Shown here: one piece after another, positions 61,226 to 64,000 of the stretch
How the letters are laid out: each line of letters starts with the position of its first letter
How positions within the stretch are numbered: position 1 is the stretch's first letter
Source of the DNA: Myxococcota bacterium
GTDB lineage: Bacteria > Myxococcota_A > UBA9042 > PHBI01 > JAWLBL01
Length of the DNA: 64,000 nt
Direction of reading: 5' to 3'
Assembly (NCBI GenBank): GCA_041687695.1
Contig: JAWLBL010000011.1
Location: forward strand, 165,726-229,725
The notes under the pieces: model-generated
The model's input: only the letters and a program-made list of their open reading frames with translations
Told to the model about the DNA's origin: nothing
Database searches by the model: none
Made by a program: the position numbers and the translations under genes

Positions 61226-62149
61226 TTGCTGCCCGAGGACGTCTTGCCCCTGGCCCCAAGCACCTGCCGCGCGGCGCGCCTGCTCACCGCCGCGCTGACC
61301 CTGACCACGGGGTGCGCGACGAGCCGGACGCTGCCGAGCGACCCGCAGCAGCGCACGATCGCCTGGAGCGACGACTGGCGGCGCGTCGGCGCGCTGGAGT
61401 ACGCGGTCACGCTGGGGTCGGGGACGGTGGCGGCCTGGGCCGAGCTGGGCGTGGAGCGTCCGGAGATCAGCTGGCGCGGCGGGTGGCTGTTCGACGACTG
61501 GATCCAGGACCGCGTGGGGCGTTGGAACCACGAGGGCTTCTGGTCCACCGCGAACCGCATCAGCGACATCGGCTTCGTGGGGCTGACCCTGTACCCGCTG
61601 GTGGTGGACCCGACCTTCGTGACGCTGCTGGGGCACGGCGAAAAGGACGTCGCCTGGCAGCAGTGGGTCATCAGCGCGCAGTCCATCGCCCTGTCGGGGC
61701 TGGTCGCGACGGCCACGCACGCCTTCATCGGCCGAGAGCGGCCGTACATGCGCCACTGCGAGGACCCCGAGTGGACCTTCGACCCCGGGTGTGACGACTG
61801 GGACGTCGGCGCCAGCTTCATCGCCGGCCACACCGCGATGGCCATGGCCGGCGCCGGCCTCATCTGCGCCCACCACGAGCACCTGCCCCTGTACGGCGGC
61901 GGCTGGGGCGACGCGCTGGCCTGCGGCATCGCCCTGACCTACGCCACGGCCGGCGGCGTGCTGCGCATCATGACCGACAAGCACTACACGTCCGACACGG
62001 TCGTCGCGTGGGTGGTGGGGCTCGCGGCCGGGTACCTGCTGCCGACGCTGGTCTACTACAAGGGCAAGCCGCACGAGCCGCGGCCGTCCCTCGGCGCGTC
62101 GGCCGCGGAGACCACGACCACGCTGCCGCTGGTGTTCGGCGTGTTCTGA
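61226..62149 (+). CDS. PAP2 superfamily phosphatase
   Basis: GRERPY, SFIAGHT, LRI..DKHY.SD. The start is uncertain. Confidence 0.82.
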   Translation: MLPEDVLPLAPSTCRAARLLTAALTLTTGCATSRTLPSDPQQRTIAWSDDWRRVGALEYAVTLGSGTVAAWAELGVERPEISWRGGWLFDDWIQDRVGRWNHEGFWSTANRISDIGFVGLTLYPLVVDPTFVTLLGHGEKDVAWQQWVISAQSIALSGLVATATHAFIGRERPYMRHCEDPEWTFDPGCDDWDVGASFIAGHTAMAMAGAGLICAHHEHLPLYGGGWGDALACGIALTYATAGGVLRIMTDKHYTSDTVVAWVVGLAAGYLLPTLVYYKGKPHEPRPSLGASAAETTTTLPLVFGVF

Positions 62150-62159
62150 CGGGGCGGCG

Positions 62160-62522
62160 TCAGCGCGGCGGCGGGATGACCGTGTAGTGGATGGTCATCG
62201 CGCGGATGAGGCCGTCGCGGACGAGGTAGGAGTCGGCGCCGTCCTCGACCCGGGCGCCGTTGTCGGCGACGGCGGTCCACTCGAGGAAGCCGAGCTCGCC
62301 GTCGAACATGACGTTGGTGTAGGTCCAGCGGCCGCCGGGCAGCTGCTCGGCGAGCAGGCGCGCCTTGGCGCGGACGCCGTCGTGGCCGCGGTAGACGCCG
62401 TAGGTCGTCAGCAGGACGACGTCGGGGGCGAAGTTGCGGCCGAGGTCGACCTCGAAGTCCCAGGTCTCGGCCAGCTTCAGGTGATCGTCGAGGACCTCGC
62501 GGCCCGGGCGCGCGTTCGGCAT
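62160..62522 (-). CDS. SnoaL/NTF2-like protein
   Basis: Y.GHDGVR, FLEWTA, DGADSYLVRDGLI...TIHY. Confidence 0.8.
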   Translation of the reverse strand: MPNARPGREVLDDHLKLAETWDFEVDLGRNFAPDVVLLTTYGVYRGHDGVRAKARLLAEQLPGGRWTYTNVMFDGELGFLEWTAVADNGARVEDGADSYLVRDGLIRAMTIHYTVIPPPR

Positions 62523-62571
62523 GGGTTCGCCTCCGTCGCCGTGCACTGTACCGGCGAGGCGGCGGCGGGCG

Positions 62572-63642
62572 TCAGGGGGCGGGCGCTTCGGGCGAGTCCT
62601 TGCAGCACAGGACGCCGCCCTGGCCGAGGCCGGTCTTGACGACGTTGAGCGCCTCCTTCTGTCCATCGGAGCCGCAGGACCAGACGTTGTCGAGGTCGGG
62701 GTGCTTGCCCAGGTGGTTGCACCAGTCGCCGCAGTTCTTGTCGTTGCGCAGGCCCTTGCAGAGGTCGTGCGAGGACAGCTGCAGCGGGGCGCACTGGGGG
62801 ACGCCGCCCATCCAGCAGCCGAGATCGCCGCAGCCGAACAGATCGTTGGTGCCGCCGCCCGGGGTGCAGGCGAAGGCGCCGGTCGAGGACAGCTGCGTGA
62901 CGTAGAAGACCGGGGTCGCGGCGCCACCGTCCATGATGCCCTGGCAGCCCTCGGGGTTGCGCGTCAAGACGTCGTCCTGGCCGTAGCAGACGTGCCAGCC
63001 CTCGGCGCAGACGTCGGCGACGTTGCAGCCCTGGCCGGTCGGGTTGGCGCCGTCGTTGCCGGCCTGGCGGTCACAGGCGGGGAGGTCGTGGTAGACGCCG
63101 GGGACGTCCCAGGCGGCCTCGCAGCCGGCGATGAGGGGGAAGGCGACCAGATCGAGGAAGCCCTCGCGGGTGGCGTCGGAGCAGCCGGCCTGGGTGGCGG
63201 TGGGGACGATGGGGCCGGGGTCGGGATCGGTGGCCGTGTCGGTGGCCGAGGCCGTGTCCGGGTCGGTGGCGGCGTCGGTGGCCGAGGCCGTGTCGGTGGC
63301 CGAGGCCGTGTCGGTGGCCGTGGCGGTGTCGGTGGCCGAGGCCGTGTCCGTGTCTGTGGCCGTGTCCGGGTCGGTGGCGGTGTCGGGGGCCGTGGCCGTG
63401 TCCGGGGCCGAGGCCGTGTCGGGGGCCGTGGTCGTGTCGGTAGCCGAGGCCGTGTCCGGGTCGGTGGCCGTGTCCGGGTCGGTAGCCGTGTCGCTCGCGG
63501 AGAGGGCGTCCAGCGCGTCCGTCGCAGCGAAGCTGACGTCCTTGCTGGCGGCGCCGTCCTCGGCCCCGGCGCCCTCGGTCGCGTCACTGCACCCAACCAA
63601 CCCAAGCGCCAGCAGCCCGGCCATGAAGCGATGAGCCCGCAT
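62572..63642 (-). CDS. Lipoprotein with Asp/Thr/Ala hexapeptide repeat linker and Cys-rich C-terminal domain
   Basis: Lipobox LVGC; (DTATDP/DTASAT)n; GCSDATREGF...CAEGWHVC...GGVLCCK. Confidence 0.75.
   Translation of the reverse strand: MRAHRFMAGLLALGLVGCSDATEGAGAEDGAASKDVSFAATDALDALSASDTATDPDTATDPDTASATDTTTAPDTASAPDTATAPDTATDPDTATDTDTASATDTATATDTASATDTASATDAATDPDTASATDTATDPDPGPIVPTATQAGCSDATREGFLDLVAFPLIAGCEAAWDVPGVYHDLPACDRQAGNDGANPTGQGCNVADVCAEGWHVCYGQDDVLTRNPEGCQGIMDGGAATPVFYVTQLSSTGAFACTPGGGTNDLFGCGDLGCWMGGVPQCAPLQLSSHDLCKGLRNDKNCGDWCNHLGKHPDLDNVWSCGSDGQKEALNVVKTGLGQGGVLCCKDSPEAPAP
63230..63492 (-). repeat. Coding 18-bp minisatellite
   Basis: About 14 imperfect units encoding DTxxxx. 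Confidence 0.85.
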
Positions 63643-63833
63643 CCCGTCCCCCTCCGCGAGTGTGGCCCCATTGCATGGGCTGGCCCCCCGCTTGTCAACG
63701 CGCCCCGCTCCGATTCGCGTCGGAGCGACGCGTCGTGACGGCACGAAGGTGCCGCGACCGCCCCGGCTGCGGTATGAACCCCACCGGGTGGCCGCCGCGC
63801 GACCCGCGAACCGTCCTCGAAGGAAGCGCCGTG

Positions 63834-64000
63834 ATGCCGACGAACGCCCAGCCGCAGGTCACCACCCCCACCGATCGCGAGATCGTCCTCACGCGCGTCT
63901 TCGAGGCGCCGCGCGCCCTCGTGTTCGAGGCCTACACGCGCCCCGAGCTGCTCGCCTACTGGGTCGCCGGCCCGGGCTGGACCCTGGCCGCCTGCGAGGT
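63834..64000 (+). CDS. SRPBCC/AHSA1 family protein (truncated by the window end)
   Basis: MPTNAQPQVTTPTDREIVLTRVFEAPRALVFEAYTRPELL..W. Confidence 0.85.
   Translation, partial: MPTNAQPQVTTPTDREIVLTRVFEAPRALVFEAYTRPELLAYWVAGPGWTLAACE

Overview
Very GC-rich bacterial chromosomal window. The gene repertoire looks Myxococcota-like (many Cys-rich or acidic-linker lipoproteins, MORN, PEGA and Kelch proteins); this taxonomy is inference. Most of it is housekeeping or envelope genes: 5'-nucleotidase, hisZ-purA, dinB, ald, an ECF sigma/anti-sigma pair, a Lol-like ABC cluster, sdhCAB, a U32/RlhA-like protein, PolX-PHP and a sensor kinase. The standout is at the left edge: a DUF222-like/HNH endonuclease gene (271-1440) bracketed by two inverted, co-linear arms built from a 16-bp perfect palindrome (GTCGTCCCGGGACGAC) plus an AATT-N12-AATT motif, with another copy of the palindrome inside the gene. 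This is a candidate REP-like, HNH-associated mobile or regulatory system. Other notable items: a thermolysin/fungalysin-type protease whose propeptide is a separate gene, three GGAA(T/C)-N18-GTT ECF promoter matches, two palindromic tandem arrays at 54.2-55.0 kb, a PolX with a degenerate polymerase motif, and an orphan IS66-TnpA-like/wHTH fusion. All calls come from motif recognition by eye; no database searches were run.
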